From: a virus | DNA length: 64,000 nt | Virus record (IMG/VR): IMGVR_UViG_3300019752_000005 | Coordinates: 12,626 to 76,625 of that record | Direction: 5' to 3' (one strand) | In this document: one piece after another, positions 61,810-64,000 of the stretch | Position numbering within the stretch: the first letter of the stretch is position 1 | Layout: each line of letters starts with the position of its first letter | Position numbers and translations under genes: made by a program | The notes under the pieces: generated by a model | Database searches by the model: none | The model's input: the letters and a program-made list of their open reading frames with translations, nothing else | What the model was told of the DNA's origin: nothing

Positions 61810-61970
61810 ACTAAAATATTAATGAGGTGCTCAGGATACGTCACACAGGTGTATCTAGTTCTATAATATATCTAAGTCTACGTATAACTCCTTACAACAC
61901 CAGTATTACCCTTAAATGTTGATACGCGTGTATTGTTAGGTGTTAATTATCTTGTTGATTTTAAACTCAT
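61810..61970 (-). pseudogene. decayed paralog of 63132-63350
   Basis: Fragments NTRVSTFKGNTGVVRSY, YIIELDTP and YTCVTYPEHLI, separated by stops and frameshifts. Confidence 0.4.
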
Positions 61971-62042
61971 TAACATCTTACACTCTTTAATGTTAAAAAA
62001 ATACCCCAATATACGGTTTATTGAGGTATATAGGTTCACTAA

Positions 62043-63047
62043 CTAATCACGAACCCACTTTAGATTAAACATCTCCTTAAATTTAAACAACTTGAAGTGA
62101 TGGTAATACGAAAACCCTTTGCTATGTATAAAACCTATAATTAATTCATCACCGTTAAGATTAGACTTATTAACAGTGTTAATTTTACCATCTTTAGCAA
62201 ATAAAACAATATTATCCTTATCAAAGCTTTCCTTGTTGAAAATAATATTTGATATCTCAAGCGTTGAATCTATGGCTTTATCAAGCTCTTCACAATCTTG
62301 ATTATAGAGGCAATCGTATGTTAGGCATAAGCTATCTAATTTATAATCAGTATCTCTTGAACTCTGATATTCCTGTAGAGCGAGTTCTGCAATTTCATCT
62401 AAACGTGATTGTTTGTTTCCACTGTGTTTACATTGAGTTGATAATACCATAGTTACAAGTTTACCATTTTTGATTAAATCCTTTACACGATATAATTCAC
62501 GTGGTGAATCATATTTAATATAGATATCAGCGATAGTGTATACACCGTTTAAGCAGTTGGCAGCCCTAATCGTCATGTAAAGAGGTTTATCAATATTAAT
62601 CACCTCACCTTCACAATAAAAGGTGTATTTTGGTTTGTAATTCCCGCCAATGCCTTGTAAGTTATCTATTTGATGAACTATTTTACGAGCACTATCAACA
62701 GTTTGGTTTTTTGGTATTTTAATTCCAGCGACCTTATTCAAGGTGTTGGTTTGAGAGTGGGATAGATTGTAGTACAGTGCTTCACATCCTAATACTGAAA
62801 TTGGATTAGTATCCTCTTTATGTTGGATTGTGTGATTTGGTTCAATATACTCAGTTAAGCGTAATGCATCGGGATTCTTGGAATGACCAAACTGTATTAG
62901 TGTTTTCTTGGAGAAACGTAAAGTGGTACCATTATTATTCACAATCCATAATGTTTTAGTGTCGTCGATAATGCGAGCTTTTGTTTGCTCTCCATCAGAG
63001 TTCACTATTGTTGCGTAGTTGCTAACTTCTATTTCTTGTGATTCCAT
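62043..63047 (-). CDS. early accessory protein (TKT...RF.K barrel plus IIGF...GF C-domain)
   Basis: Domain sharing with 49275-49820; GGAG RBS. Confidence 0.65.
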   Translation of the reverse strand: MESQEIEVSNYATIVNSDGEQTKARIIDDTKTLWIVNNNGTTLRFSKKTLIQFGHSKNPDALRLTEYIEPNHTIQHKEDTNPISVLGCEALYYNLSHSQTNTLNKVAGIKIPKNQTVDSARKIVHQIDNLQGIGGNYKPKYTFYCEGEVINIDKPLYMTIRAANCLNGVYTIADIYIKYDSPRELYRVKDLIKNGKLVTMVLSTQCKHSGNKQSRLDEIAELALQEYQSSRDTDYKLDSLCLTYDCLYNQDCEELDKAIDSTLEISNIIFNKESFDKDNIVLFAKDGKINTVNKSNLNGDELIIGFIHSKGFSYYHHFKLFKFKEMFNLKWVRD

Positions 63048-63082
63048 CTCTATTTTCTCCAGTTATTTGTTAATGTGCGTAC

Positions 63083-63111
63083 ATTATAAATAAGTGTGTA
63101 TGTGGTGTCAA
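63083..63111 (-). promoter_or_regulatory. consensus sigma70 promoter
   Basis: TTGACA-17-TATAAT. Confidence 0.9.
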
Positions 63112-63131
63112 GTCTTTTTCTTTCAGTATAT

Positions 63132-63350
63132 TTAAACCACCTCCACTTGTCGCTCATCAAAGCAAGCTGAAGAATAGCCATTTATAGGTTGTTCCATCTC
63201 CACTATATATTTACACACGACACTCATTCCAACACCTTCTAAATAAGGCGTGTGCACCATCTCAACACCTTTAACCACTCCATTAATAGAAAAACCACCG
63301 ATTAAATTAACCTTTACTGGTGTGTTTTGCTTTAATTTATCGTCGCTCAT
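63132..63350 (-). CDS. small SH3-like hypothetical protein
   Basis: Start reassigned to MSDDKLK (AAGG RBS). Confidence 0.55.
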   Translation of the reverse strand: MSDDKLKQNTPVKVNLIGGFSINGVVKGVEMVHTPYLEGVGMSVVCKYIVEMEQPINGYSSACFDERQVEVV

Positions 63351-63707
63351 TATTAGAAACCTTGTGTATATTCGTTTTGAAAGTGGATATTTAATCAAAG
63401 AATCACAGAATATACAAGTAATTTTTTATATCATTTTTGGTGTTTGGCTTATTAATTATTATTAATTAAGTTTAGATTGTAGCGTGGTTGTGGGTTTATA
63501 TGTAAGGCAAGCTGGGGGTATATTAAGGGTGTTAGGTGCCAGAAAACACACTTACAAAACATCAAATAAATCCATCTCACACTCAAAAAAGCAGCGCATA
63601 AAAATCAATTATCACTGTATTAGTCTTTAAAGCAGCTTCCATCACATTCCAACTCAAAAGTTTACCGCTTAACACTAGTACAATTATATATTGAATGGTT
63701 AATATGT

Positions 63708-63726
63708 GATAATGATAACTATTATC
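63708..63726. promoter_or_regulatory. Fur box
   Basis: GATAATGATAACTATTATC matches 17/19 of the consensus GATAATGATAATCATTATC; second weaker box (14/19) at 63752-63770. Confidence 0.65.
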
Positions 63727-63733
63727 ATTTAAT

Positions 63734-63846
63734 TTGTGGTAAAAATACAACACTTTTGATAATCATTATACCACACAGTTAACAGTGGTATTATTGCTTG
63801 TGGTAAAAATACAACACTTTTTAATCATCAATGCAACCACAGTTAA
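63734..63846 (+). repeat. two-unit direct repeat, 64-bp period
   Basis: TTGTGGTAAAAATACAACACTTTT at 63734-63757 and 63798-63821, each followed by TAATCAT and CACAGTTAA. Confidence 0.85.
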
Positions 63847-64000
63847 TACTTTTGAAGCGCAAAACAAGTCAAAAATAGGGATTAAATAAATTAAAAAACC
63901 CCTGTTCCTATATTAAGTTTCAATAAAAAACCAAATAAAACCAATTACATACATAATAAAATAATTAAATAATTAATTTTAGCCCCCTCCTTGAGTTTGC

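Noticed and set aside
129-63465. Numerous short antisense or nested ORFs in the track (e.g. 13874-14299, 25054-25410, 27489-27878, 23189-23419)
   Set aside because: They are shadows of well-supported genes, with no RBS or motifs.
63734-63846. CRISPR mini-array (24-bp repeat, 40-bp gap)
   Set aside because: Only two units, the 'spacers' resemble each other (TAATCAT, CACAGTTAA), and no cas genes are present. It is a tandem duplication.
1-64000. Stop-codon recoding
   Set aside because: Conserved genes are full length in code 11 and end in TAA, TAG or TGA.

Overview
This is a 64-kb segment of a large, AT-rich (roughly 30% GC by eye) tailed dsDNA bacteriophage genome. The sigma70 promoters, Dam, ProQ-like gene and Fur boxes suggest a gammaproteobacterial host. 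No integrase, tRNA, CRISPR array, major capsid or DNA polymerase gene is visible. It encodes replication/recombination genes (RecD/Dda-like helicase, SF2 helicase, Sak4/AAA_24 ATPase with two SSB-like neighbours, RepB-type primase-helicase, stand-alone TOPRIM, beta clamp, 3'-5' exonuclease, RusA-like resolvase), nucleotide metabolism (class II RNR, dUTPase, ThyA, DHFR), RtcB, Dam, a membrane-anchored two-domain lysin, and many small paralogous accessory genes. The most unusual points are: (1) morphogenesis genes (head-closure-like, TerS/TerL, portal) are scattered as isolated + strand units, each preceded by the 10-mer CTATATTTTA; (2) a ~1-kb field of about 28 TGGAA/TTCCA pentamers at 17.5-18.4 kb; (3) several orphan or degenerate pieces of bacterial defence/TA systems (two dead ABC-ATPase C-terminal halves, an AbiEi-like antitoxin, HicB-like proteins, a Doc-type Fic); (4) a GC-rich structured ncRNA candidate plus a ProQ/FinO protein; (5) a near-perfect Fur box with a tandem repeat at the right end; (6) a G10 tract frameshifting a small membrane protein. 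All family assignments come from motif recognition by eye; no database search was run.
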